Of a stretch of 64,000 nucleotides of DNA, positions 12,401 through 24,400 are shown piece by piece. How positions within the stretch are numbered: position 1 is the first letter of the stretch; every line of letters starts with the position of its first letter. The translations under genes were made by a program, and so were the position numbers. Origin of the DNA: Eledone cirrhosa (lineage: Eukaryota); contig OZ024743.1 in NCBI GenBank assembly GCA_964016885.1, forward strand, positions 130,696,001 through 130,760,000, in the 5' to 3' direction. The notes under the pieces are model-generated. The model did no database searches and was not told the DNA's origin. It saw only the letters and a list, made by a program, of their open reading frames with translations.

Positions 12401-15400
12401 GTGTTTGGTGCTTGGTGCCTGGTGCTTGGTGTTTGGTGTTTGATGCTTGGTGTTTGGTGTTTGGTGTTTGGTACTTGGTGTTCGGTGCTTGGTGCTTGGT
12501 GCTTGGTGCTTGGTGTTTGGTGTTTGGTGCTTGGTGCTTGGTGTTTGATGTTTGGTCCTTGGTGCTTGGTGTTTGGTGTTGTGTGCTTGGTGCTTGGTGC
12601 TTGGTGTTTGGTGCTTGGTGCTTGGTGCTTGGTGTTTGGCGTTTGCTGTTTGCTGTTTGGTGTTTGGTGTTTGCTGTTTGTTGTTTGCTGTTTGGTGCTT
12701 GGTGCTTGGTGTTTGGTGTTTGGTGCTTGGTGTTTGGTGCTTGGTGCTTGGTGCTGGGTGTTTGGTGCTTGGTGCTTGGTGTTTGGTTCTTGGTGATTGG
12801 TGCTTGGTGTTTGGTCCTTGGTGCTTGGTGCTTGGTCTTTGGTGCTTGGGTTTTGGTGTTTGGTGCTTGGTGCTTGGTGTTTGGTGCTTGGTGTTTGGTG
12901 CTTGGTGCTTGGTTATTAGTGTTTGGTGATTGGTGCTTGGGGTTTGGTGTTTGGGGCTTGGTGTTTGGTGCTTAGTGCTTGCTGTTTGGTGTTTGGTGTT
13001 TGGTTCTTGGTGCTTGGTGTTTGGTGTTTGGTGTTTGGTGTTTGGTGCTTGGTGCTTGGTGCTTGGTGTTTGGTGCTTGGTGCTTGGTGCTTGGTGTTTG
13101 GTGCTGCGTGTTTGGTGTTTGGTGTTTGGTGCTTGGTGCCTGGTGCTTGTTGTTTGGTGTTTGGTGCTTAGTGCTTGGTGTTTGGTGTTTGGTGCTTGGT
13201 GCTTGGTGGCTGGTGTTTGGTGCTTGGTGTTTGGAGTTTGGTGCTTGGTGCTTGGTGCCTGGTGTTTCGTGCTTGGTGCTTGGTGCTTGGTGTTTGATGT
13301 TTGGTGCTTGGTGTTTGGTGTTTGGTACTTGGTGCTTGGTGCTTGGTGCTTGGTGTTTGGTGCTTGGTGTTTGATGCTGCGTGCTTGGTGTTTGGTGTTT
13401 GGTGCTTGGTGCTTGGTGTTTGGTGTTTGGAGCTTGGTGCCTGGTGCTTGTTGTTTGGTGTTTGGCGCTTGGTGCTTGGTGTTTGGTGTTTGGCGCTTGG
13501 TGCTTGGTGTTTGGTGTTTGGTGGTTGGTGCTTGGTGCTTGGTATCTGGTGTTTGGTGCTTGATGTTTGGTGTTTGGTGCTTGGTGTTTGGTGTTTGGTG
13601 CTTGGTGTTTGGTGCTTGGTGCCTGGTGCTTGTTGTTTGGTGTTTGGTGCTTAGTGCTTGGTGTTTGGTGTTTGGTGCTTGGTGCTTGGTGGCTGGTGTT
13701 TGGTGCTTGGTGTTTGGAGTTTGGTGCTTGGTGCTTGGTGCCTGGTGTTTCGTGCTTGGTGCTTGGTACTTGGTGTTTGATGTTTGGTGCTTGGTGTTTG
13801 GTGTTTGGTATTGGTGCTTGGTGCTTGGTGCTTGGTGTTTGGTGCTTGGTGTTTGATGCTGCGTGCTTGGTGTTTGGTGTTTGGTGCTTGGTGCTTGGTG
13901 TTTGGTGTTTGGAGCTTGGTGCCTGGTGCTTGTTGTTTGGTGTTTGGCGCTTGGTGCTTGGTGTTTGGTGTTTGGCGCTTGGTGCTTGGTGTTTGGTGTT
14001 TGGTGCTTGGTGCTTGGTGCTTGGTATCTGGTGTTTGGTGCTTGATGTTTGGTGTTTGGTGCTTGGTGTTTGGTGTTTGGTGCTTGGTGTTTGGTGCTTG
14101 GTGTTTGGTGTTTGGTGTTTGATGCTTGGTGTTTGCTGCTTGGTGTTTGGTGCTTGGTGCTTGGTGCTTGGTGTTTGGTGCTTGGTGCTTGGTGCTTGGT
14201 GTTTGGTGTTTGGTGCTTGGTGTTTGGTGCTTGGTGTTTGGTGCTTGGTGCTTGGTGCTTGGTGTTAGGTGTTTGGTGCTTGGTGCTTGGTGTTTGATGT
14301 TTGGTCCTTGGTGCTTGTTGTTTGGTGTTTGGTGCTTGGTGCTTGGTGTTTGGTGTTTGGTGCTTGCTGCTTGCTGCTTGGTGTTTGGTGCTTGGTGATT
14401 GGTGCTTGGTGTTTTATGCTTGGTGCTTGGTGTTTGGTGCTAGGGGCTTGGTGCTAGATGCTTGGTGTTTGGTGCTTGGTGCTTGCTGTTTGGTGTTTGG
14501 TGCTTGGTGCGTGGGACTTAGTGTTTGGTGTTTGGTGCTTGGTGTTTTGTGCTTGGTGTTTGGTGCTTGGTGCTTGGTGTTTGGTGTTTGGTGCTTGGTG
14601 CTTGGGGCTTGGTGTTTGGTGCTTAGTGTTTGGTGCTTGGTGTTTGGTGCTTGGTGCTTGGTGCTTTGTGTTTGGTGTATGGTGTTTGGTGCTTGGTGTT
14701 TGGTGCTTGGTGCTTGGTGCTGGGTGGTTGGTGTTTGGTGTTTGGTGCTTGGTGATTGGTGCTTATTGTTTGGTGCTTGGTGCTTGGTGCTTGGTGCTTG
14801 GTCTTTGGTGCTTCGTGTTTGGTGCTTGGTGTTTGGTGTTTGGTGCTTGGTGCTTGGTGCTTGGTGATTAGTGTTTGGTGCTTGGTGCTTGGTGCCTGGT
14901 GCTTGGTGCTTGGTGCTTGTTGTTTGGTGCTTGGTGCGTGGTGATTAGTGTTTTGTGCTTGGTGCTTGGGGTTTGGTGTTTGGTGCTTGGGGTTTGGTGT
15001 TTGGTGCTTGGTGCTTGGTGTTTGGTGCTTGGTGCTTGGTGTTTGGTGCTTGGTGCTTTGTGTTTGGTGCTTGGTGTTTGGTGCTTTGATGCTTGGTGCT
15101 TGGTGCTTGGTGTTAGGTGTTTGGTGCTTGGTGATTGGTGTTTGATGTTAGGTTCTTGGTGCTTGGTGTTTGGTGTTTGGTGCTTGGTGCTTGGTGTTTG
15201 GTCTTTGGTGCTTGCTGCTTGGTGCCTGGTGTTTTGTGTTTGGAGTTTGGTGCTTGGTGTTTGGTGCTTGATGCTTGGTGTTTGGTGTTTGGTGTTTGGT
15301 GTTTGGTGATTGGTGCTTGGTGTTTGGTGCTTGGTGCTTGGTGCTTGGTGCTTGGTGTTAGGCGTTTGGTGCTTGGTGCTTGGTATTTGATGTTAGGTTC

Positions 15401-18400
15401 TTGGTGCTTGGTGTTTGGTGTTTGGTGCTTGGTGCTTGGTGTTTGGTGTTTGGTGCTTGATGCTTGGTGCTTGGTGTTTTGTGTTTGGAGTTTGGTGCTT
15501 GGTGTTTGGTGCTTGGTGCTTGGTGTTTGGTGTTTGGTGTTTGGTGTTTGGTGATTGGTGTTTGGTGTTTGGTGCTTGGTGTTTGGTGCTTGGTGCTTGG
15601 TGCTTGGTCCTTGGTGCTTGGTGTTTGGTATTTGGAGCTTGGTGCTTGGTGTTTGGTGTTTGGTGCTTGCTGCTTGCTGCTTGGTGTTTGGTGCTAGGGA
15701 CTTGGTGCTTGGTGCTTGGTGTTTGGTGCTTGGTGTTTGGCGTTTGGTGCTTGGTGCGTGGGACTTGGTGTTTGGTGCTTGGTGTTTGGTGCTTGGTGTT
15801 TGGTGCTTGGTGCCTGGTGCTTGGTGTTTGGTGTTTGGTGCTTGGTGTTTGGTGCTTGGTGTTTGGTACTTGGTGTTTGGTGCTTGGTGCTTGGTGCTTG
15901 GTGCTTGGTGTTTGGTGTTTGGTGCTTGGTGCTTGGTGTTTGATGTTTGGTCCTTGGTGCTTGGTGTTTGGTGTTGTGTGCTTGGTGCTTGGTGCTTGGT
16001 GTTTGGTGCTTGGTGCTTGGTGCTTGGTGTTTGGCGTTTGCTGTTTGCTGTTTGGTGTTTGGTGTTTGCTGTTTGGTGTTTGTTGTTTGGTGTTTGGTGT
16101 TTGGTGCTTGGTGCTTGGTGTTTGGTGCTTGGTGCTTGGTGCTTGGTGTTTGGTCCTTGGTGCTTGGTGCTTGGTCTTTGGTGCTTGGGTTTTGGTGTTT
16201 GGTGCTTGGTGCTTGGTGTTTGGCGCTTGGTGATTGGTGCTTGGTGCTTGGTGTTTGGTGCTTGCTGCTTGGTGCTTGGTGTTTGGTGCTTGGTGCTTGG
16301 TGATTAGTGTTTGGTGATTGGTGCTTCGGGTTTGGTGTTTGGGGCTTGGTGTTTGGTGCTTGGTGCTTGCTGTTTGGTGATTGGTGTTTGGTTCTTGGTG
16401 GTTGGTGTTTGGTGTTTGGTGTTTGGTGCTTGGTGCTTGGTGCTTGGTGTTTGGTGCTTGGTGCTTGGTGCTTGGTGCTTGGTGTTTGGTGCTGCGTGCT
16501 TGGTGTTTGGTGTTTGGTGCTTGGTGCCTGGTGATTGTTGTTTGGTGTTTGGTGCTTAGTGCTTGGTGTTTGGTGTTTGGTGCTTGGTGCTTGGTGGCTA
16601 GTGTTTGGTGCTTGGTGTTTGTAGTTTGGTGCTTGGTGCTTGGTGCCTGGTGTTTCGTGCTTGGTGCTTGGTGCTTGGTGTTTGGTGTATGGTGCTTGGT
16701 GTTTGGTGTTTGGTACTTGGTGCTTGGTGCTTGGTGCTTGGTGTTTGGTGCTTGGTGTTTGATGCTGCGTGCTTGGTGTTTGGTGTTTGGTGCTTGGTGC
16801 TTGGTGTTTGGTGTTTGGAGCTTGGTGCCTGGTGCTTGTTGTTTGGTGTTTGGCGCTTGGTGCTTGGTGTTTGGTGTTTGGTGCTTGGTGCTTGGTGCTT
16901 GGTATCTGGTGTTTGGTGCTTGATGTTTGGTGTTTGGTGCTTGGTGTTTGGTGTTTGGTGCTTGGTGCTTGGTGTTTGGTGCTTGGTGTTTGGTGCTTGG
17001 TGTTTGATGCTTGGTGTTTGCTGCTTGGTGCTTGGTGCTTGGTGTTTTGTGTTTGGTGCTTGGTGCATGGAGTCTGGTGCTTGGTGCTTGGTGCTTGTTG
17101 TTTGGTGCTTGGTGCTTGGTGATTAGTGTTTGGTGCTTGGTGCTTGCGGTTTGGTGTTCGGTGCTTGGGGTTTGATGTTTGGTGCTTGGTGCTTGGTGTT
17201 TGGTGCTTGGTGCTTGGTGCTTGGTGTTTGGTGCTTGGTGCTTGGTGTTTGGTGCTTGGTGCTTGGTGTTTGGTGTTTGGCGTTTGCTGTTTGCTGTTTG
17301 GTGTTTGGTGTTTGCTGTTTGGTGCTTGGTGCTTGGTGTTTGGTGTTTGGTGTTTGGTGCTTGGTGCTTGGTGTTTGGTGCTTGGTGCTTGGTGCTGGGT
17401 GTTTGGTGCTTGGTGCTTGGTGTTTGGTTGTTGGTGCTTGGTGCTTGGTGTTTGGTCCTTGGTGCTTGGTGCTTGGTCTTTGGTGCTTGGGTTTTGGTGT
17501 TTGGTGCTTGGTGCTTGGTGTTTGGTGCTTGGTTCTTGGTGCTTGGTGCTTGGTGTTTGGTGATTGCTGCTTGGTGCTTGGTGTTTGGTGCTTGGTGCTT
17601 GCTGATTAGTGTTTGGTGATTGGTGCTTGGGGTTTGCTGTTTGGTGCTTGGTGTTTGGTGCTTGGTGCTTGCTGTTTGGTGTTTGGTGTTTGGTTCTTGG
17701 TGCTTGGTGTTTGGTGTTTGGTGTTTGGTGCTTGGTCCTTGGTGCTTGGTGTTTGGTGCTTGGTGCTTGGTGCTTGGTGTTTGGTGCTGCGTGCTTGGTG
17801 TTTGGTGCTTGGTGCTTGGTGGCTGGTGCTTGGTGTTTGGTGTTTGGAGTTTGGTGCTGGGTGCTTGGTGCCTGGTGTTTCGTGCTTGGTGCTTGGTGCT
17901 TGGTGTTTGGTGTTTGGTGCTTGGTGCTTGGTGTTTGGTGTTTGGAGCTTGGTGCCTGCTGCTTGTTGTTTGGTGTTTGGTGCTTGGTGCTTGGTGTTTG
18001 GTGTTTGGTGGTTGGTGCTTGATGCTTGGTATCTGGTGTTTGGTGCTTGATGTTTGGTGTTTGGTGCTTGGTGCTTGGTGCTTGGTGTTTGGTGTTTGGT
18101 GCTTGGTGCTTGGTGTTTGGTGCTTGGTGTTTGGTGTTTGGTGTTTGATGCTTGGTGTTTGCTGCTTGGTGCTTGGTGCTTGGTGTTTTGTGTTTGGTGC
18201 TTGGTGCTTGGTGCCTGGTGCTTGGTGCTTGGTGCTTGTTGTTTGGTGCTTGGTGCTTGGTGCTTGGTGTTTGGTGCTTGGTGCTTAGTGCTTGGTGCTT
18301 GGTGCTTGGTGCTTGGTGTTTGGTGCTTGGTGCTTGGTGTTTGGTGCTTGGTGTTTGGTGCTTGGTGCTTGGTGCTTGGTGCTTGGTGTTAGGTGTTTGG

Positions 18401-21400
18401 TGCTTGGTGCTTGGTGTTTGATGTTTGGTCCTTGGTGCTTGGGGTTTGGTGTTTGGTGCTTGGTGCTTGGTGTTTGGTGTTTGGTGTTTGGTGCTTGGTG
18501 CTTGGTGCTTGGTGTTTGGTGCTTGGTGCTTGGTGCTTGGTGTTTGGTGTTTGGTGTTTGGTGCTTGCTGCTTGCTGCTTGGTGTTTGGTGCTTGGTGAT
18601 TGGCGCTTGGTGTTTTGTGCTTGGTGCTTGGTGTTTGGTGTTTGGTGCTAGGGGCTTGGTGCTTGGTGCTTGGTGTTTGGTGCTTGGTGCTTGCTGTTTG
18701 GTGTTTGGTGCTTGGTGCGTGGGACTTAGTGTTTGGTGTTTGGTGCTTGGTGTTTGGTGCTTGGTGTTTGGTGCTTGGTGTTTGGGGCTTGGTGTTCGGT
18801 GCTTGGTGCTTGGTGCTTGGGGCTTGGTGTTTGGTGCTTGGTGCTTGGTGCTTGGTGTTTGATGTTGGGTCCTTGGTGCTTGGTGTTTGGTGTTTGGTGC
18901 TGGTGTTTGGTGTTTGGTGCTTGGTGCTTGGTGTTTGGTGTTTGGTGCTTGGTGCTTGGGGCTTGGTGTTTGGTGCTTGGTGCTTGGTGTTTGGTGCTTC
19001 TGCTTGGGGCTTGGTAGTTGGTGCTTGGTGCTTGGTGCCTGGTGTTTGGTGTTTGGTGTTTGGTGCTTGGTGTATGGTGCTTGGTGCTTGGTGCTGGGTG
19101 GTTGGTGTTTGGTGCTTGGTGCTTGGTGTTTGGTGCTTGGTGCTTGGTGCTTGGTGTTTGGTGCTTGGTGTTTGGTGCTTGGTGCCTGGTGCTTGGTGTT
19201 TGGTGTTTGATGCTTGGTGTTTGGTGTTTGGTGTTTGGTACTTGGTGTTCGGTGCTTGGTGCTTGGTGCTTGGTGCTTGGTGTTTGGTGTTTGGTGCTTG
19301 GTGCTTGGTGTTTGATGTTTGGTCCTTGGTGCTTGGTGTTTGGTGTTGTGTGCTTGGTGCTTGGTGCTTGGTGTTTGGTGCTTGGTGCTTGGTGCTTGGT
19401 GTTTGGCGTTTGCTGTTTGCTGTTTGGTGTTTGGTGTTTGCTGTTTGTTGTTTGCTGTTTGGTGCTTGGTGCTTGGTGTTTGGTGTTTGGTGCTTGGTGT
19501 TTGGTGCTTGGTGCTTGGTGCTGGGTGTTTGGTGCTTGGTGCTTGGTGTTTGGTTCTTGGTGATTGGTGCTTGGTGTTTGGTCCTTGGTGCTTGGTGCTT
19601 GGTCTTTGGTGCTTGGGTTTTGGTGTTTGGTGCTTGGTGCTTGGTGTTTGGTGCTTGGTGTTTGGTGCTTGGTGCTTGGTTATTAGTGTTTGGTGATTGG
19701 TGCTTGGGGTTTGGTGTTTGGGGCTTGGTGTTTGGTGCTTAGTGCTTGCTGTTTGGTGTTTGGTGTTTGGTTCTTGGTGCTTGGTGTTTGGTGTTTGGTG
19801 TTTGGTGTTTGGTGCTTGGTGCTTGGTGCTTGGTGTTTGGTGCTTGGTGCTTGGTGCTTGGTGTTTGGTGCTGCGTGTTTGGTGTTTGGTGTTTGGTGCT
19901 TGGTGCCTGGTGCTTGTTGTTTGGTGTTTGGTGCTTAGTGCTTGGTGTTTGGTGTTTGGTGCTTGGTGCTTGGTGGCTGGTGTTTGGTGCTTGGTGTTTG
20001 GAGTTTGGTGCTTGGTGCTTGGTGCCTGGTGTTTCGTGCTTGGTGCTTGGTGCTTGGTGTTTGATGTTTGGTGCTTGGTGTTTGGTGTTTGGTACTTGGT
20101 GCTTGGTGCTTGGTGCTTGGTGTTTGGTGCTTGGTGTTTGATGCTGCGTGCTTGGTGTTTGGTGTTTGGTGCTTGGTGCTTGGTGTTTGGTGTTTGGAGC
20201 TTGGTGCCTGGTGCTTGTTGTTTGGTGTTTGGCGCTTGGTGCTTGGTGTTTGGTGTTTGGCGCTTGGTGCTTGGTGTTTGGTGTTTGGTGCTTGGTGCTT
20301 GGTGCTTGGTATCTGGTGTTTGGTGCTTGATGTTTGGTGTTTGGTGCTTGGTGTTTGGTGTTTGGTGCTTGGTGTTTGGTGCTTGGTGCCTGGTGCTTGT
20401 TGTTTGGTGTTTGGTGCTTAGTGCTTGGTGTTTGGTGTTTGGTGCTTGGTGCTTGGTGGCTGGTGTTTGGTGCTTGGTGTTTGGAGTTTGGTGCTTGGTG
20501 CTTGGTGCCTGGTGTTTCGTGCTTGGTGCTTGGTACTTGGTGTTTGATGTTTGGTGCTTGGTTTTTGGTGTTTGGTACTTGGTGCTTGGTGCTTGGTGCT
20601 TGGTGTTTGGTGCTTGGTGTTTGATGCTGCGTGCTTGGTGTTTGGTGTTTGGTGCTTGGTGCTTGGTGTTTGGTGTTTGGAGCTTGGTGCCTGGTGCTTG
20701 TTGTTTGGTGTTTGGCGCTTGGTGCTTGGTGTTTGGTGTTTGGCGCTTGGTGCTTGGTGTTTGGTGTTTGGTGCTTGGTGCTTGGTGCTTGGTATCTGGT
20801 GTTTGGTGCTTGATGTTTGGTGTTTGGTGCTTGGTGTTTGGTGTTTGGTGCTTGGTGTTTGGTGCTTGGTGTTTGGTGTTTGGTGTTTGATGCTTGGTGT
20901 TTGCTGCTTGGTGTTTGGTGCTTGGTGCTTGGTGCTTGGTGTTTGGTGCTTGGTGCTTGGTGCTTGGTGTTTGGTGTTTGGTGCTTGGTGTTTGGTGCTT
21001 GGTGTTTGGTGCTTGGTGCTTGGTGCTTGGTGTTAGGTGTTTGGTGCTTGGTGCTTGGTGTTTGATGTTTGGTCCTTGGTGCTTGTTGTTTGGTGTTTGG
21101 TGCTTGGTGCTTGGTGTTTGGTGTTTGGTGCTTGCTGCTTGCTGCTTGGTGTTTGGTGCTTGGTGATTGGTGCTTGGTGTTTTATGCTTGGTGCTTGGTG
21201 TTTGGTGCTAGGGGCTTGGTGCTAGATGCTTGGTGTTTGGTGCTTGGTGCTTGCTGTTTGGTGTTTGGTGCTTGGTGCGTGGGACTTAGTGTTTGGTGTT
21301 TGGTGCTTGGTGTTTTGTGCTTGGTGTTTGGTGCTTGGTGCTTGGTGTTTGGTGTTTGGTGCTTGGTGCTTGGGGCTTGGTGTTTGGTGCTTAGTGTTTG

Positions 21401-24400
21401 GTGCTTGGTGTTTGGTGCTTGGTGCTTGGTGCTTTGTGTTTGGTGTATGGTGTTTGGTGCTTGGTGTTTGGTGCTTGGTGCTTGGTGCTGGGTGGTTGGT
21501 GTTTGGTGTTTGGTGCTTGGTGATTGGTGCTTATTGTTTGGTGCTTGGTGCTTGGTGCTTGGTGCTTGGTCTTTGGTGCTTGGTGTTTGGTGTTTGGTGC
21601 TTGGTGCTTGGTGCTTGGTGATTAGTTTTTGGTGTTTGGTGCTTGGTGTTTGGTGCTTGCTGCTTGGTGCTGGGTGGTTGGTGTTTGGTGTTTGGTGCTT
21701 GGTGATTGGTGCTTATTGTTTGGTGCTTGGTGCTTGGTGCTTGGTGCTTGGTCTTTGGTGCTTGGTGTTTGGTGCTTGGTGTTTGGTGTTTGGTGCTTGG
21801 TGCTTGGTGCTTGGTGATTAGTGTTTGGTGCTTGGTGCTTGGTGCCTGGTGCTTGGTGCTTGGTGCTTGTTGTTTGGTGCTTGGTGCTTGGTGATTAGTG
21901 TTTTGTGCTTGGTGCTTGGGGTTTGGTGTTTGGTGCTTGGGGTTTGGTGTTTGGTGCTTGGTGCTTGGTGTTTGGTGCTTGGTGCTTGGTGTTTGGTGCT
22001 TGGTGCTTTGTGTTTGGTGCTTGGTGTTTGGTGCTTTGATGCTTGGTGCTTGGTGCTTGGTGTTAGGTGTTTGGTGCTTGGTGATTGGTGTTTGATGTTA
22101 GGTTCTTGGTGCTTGGTGTTTGGTGTTTGGTGCTTGGTGCTTGGTGTTTGGTCTTTGGTGCTTGCTGCTTGGTGCCTGGTGTTTTGTGTTTGGAGTTTGG
22201 TGCTTGGTGTTTGGTGCTTGATGCTTGGTGTTTGGTGTTTGGTGTTTGGTGTTTGGTGATTGGTGCTTGGTGTTTGGTGCTTGGTGCTTGGTGCTTGGTG
22301 CTTGGTGTTAGGCGTTTGGTGCTTGGTGCTTGGTATTTGATGTTAGGTTCTTGGTGCTTGGTGTTTGGTGTTTGGTGCTTGGTGCTTGGTGTTTGGTGTT
22401 TGGTGCTTGATGCTTGGTGCTTGGTGTTTTGTGTTTGGAGTTTGGTGCTTGGTGTTTGGTGCTTGGTGCTTGGTGTTTGGTGTTTGGTGTTTGGTGTTTG
22501 GTGATTGGTGTTTGGTGTTTGGTGCTTGGTGTTTGGTGCTTGGTGCTTGGTGCTTGGTCCTTGGTGCTTGGTGTTTGGTATTTGGAGCTTGGTGCTTGGT
22601 GTTTGGTGTTTGGTGCTTGCTGCTTGCTGCTTGGTGTTTGGTGCTAGGGACTTGGTGCTTGGTGCTTGGTGTTTGGTGCTTGGTGTTTGGCGTTTGGTGC
22701 TTGGTGCGTGGGACTTGGTGTTTGGTGCTTGGTGTTTGGTGCTTGGTGTTTGGTGCTTGGTGCCTGGTGCTTGGTGTTTGGTGTTTGGTGCTTGGTGTTT
22801 GGTGCTTGGTGTTTGGTACTTGGTGTTTGGTGCTTGGTGCTTGGTGCTTGGTGCTTGGTGTTTGGTGTTTGGTGCTTGGTGCTTGGTGTTTGATGTTTGG
22901 TCCTTGGTGCTTGGTGTTTGGTGTTGTGTGCTTGGTGCTTGGTGCTTGGTGTTTGGTGCTTGGTGCTTGGTGCTTGGTGTTTGGCGTTTGCTGTTTGCTG
23001 TTTGGTATTTGGTGTTTGCTGTTTGGTGTTTGCTGTTTGGTGTTTGGTGTTTGGTGCTTGGTGCTTGGTGTTTGGTGCTTGGTGCTTGGTGCTTGGTGTT
23101 TGGTCCTTGGTGCTTGGTGCTTGGTCTTTGGTGCTTGGGTTTTGGTGTTTGGTGCTTGGTGCTTGGTGTTTGGCGCTTGGTGATTGGTGCTTGGTGCTTG
23201 GTGTTTGGTGCTTGCTGCTTGGTGCTTGGTGTTTGGTGCTTGGTGCTTGGTGATTAGTGTTTGGTGATTGGTGCTTCGGGTTTGGTGTTTGGGGCTTGGT
23301 GTTTGGTGCTTGGTGCTTGCTGTTTGGTGATTGGTGTTTGGTTCTTGGTGCTTGGTGTTTGGTGTTTGGTGTTTGGTGCTTGGTGCTTGGTGCTTGGTGT
23401 TTGGTGCTTGGTGCTTGGTGCTTGGTGCTTGGTGTTTGGTGCTGCGTGCTTGGTGTTTGGTGTTTGGTGCTTGGTGCCTGGTGATTGTTGTTTGGTGTTT
23501 GGTGCTTAGTGCTTGGTGTTTGGTGTTTGGTGCTTGGTGCTTGGTGGCTAGTGTTTGGTGCTTGGTGTTTGTAGTTTGGTGCTTGGTGCTTGGTGCCTGG
23601 TGTTTCGTGCTTGGTGCTTGGTGCTTGGTGTTTGGTGTATGGTGCTTGGTGTTTGGTGTTTGGTACTTGGTGCTTGGTGCTTGGTGCTTGGTGTTTGGTG
23701 CTTGGTGTTTGATGCTGCGTGCTTGCTGTTTGGTGTTTGGTGCTTGGTGCTTGGTGTTTGGTGTTTGGAGCTTGGTGCCTGGTGCTTGTTGTTTGGTGTT
23801 TGGCGCTTGGTGCTTGGTGTTTGGTGTTTGGTGCTTGGTGCTTGGTGCTTGGTATCTGGTGTTTGGTGCTTGATGTTTGGTGTTTGGTGCTTGGTGTTTG
23901 GTGTTTGGTGCTTGGTGCTTGGTGTTTGGTGCTTGGTGTTTGGTGCTTGGTGTTTGATGCTTGGTGTTTGCTGCTTGGTGCTTGGTGTTTGGTGTTTTGT
24001 GTTTGGTGCTTGGTGCATGGAGTCTGGTACTTGGTGCTTGGTGCTTGTTGTTTGGTGCTTGGTGCTTGGTGATTAGTGTTTGGTGCTTGGTGCTTGCGGT
24101 TTGGTGTTCGGTGCTTGGGGTTTGATGTTTGGTGCTTGGTGCTTGGTGTTTGGTGCTTGGTGCTTGGTGCTTGGTGTTTGGTGCTTGGTGCTTGGTGTTT
24201 GGTGCTTGGTGCTTGGTGTTTGGTGTTTGGCGTTTGCTGTTTGCTGTTTGGTGTTTGGTGTTTGCTGTTTGGTGCTTGGTGCTTGGTGTTTGGTGTTTGG
24301 TGTTTGGTGCTTGGTGCTTGGTGTTTGGTGCTTGGTGCTTGGTGCTGGGTGTTTGGTGCTTGGTGCTTGGTGTTTGGTTGTTGGTGCTTGGTGCTTGGTG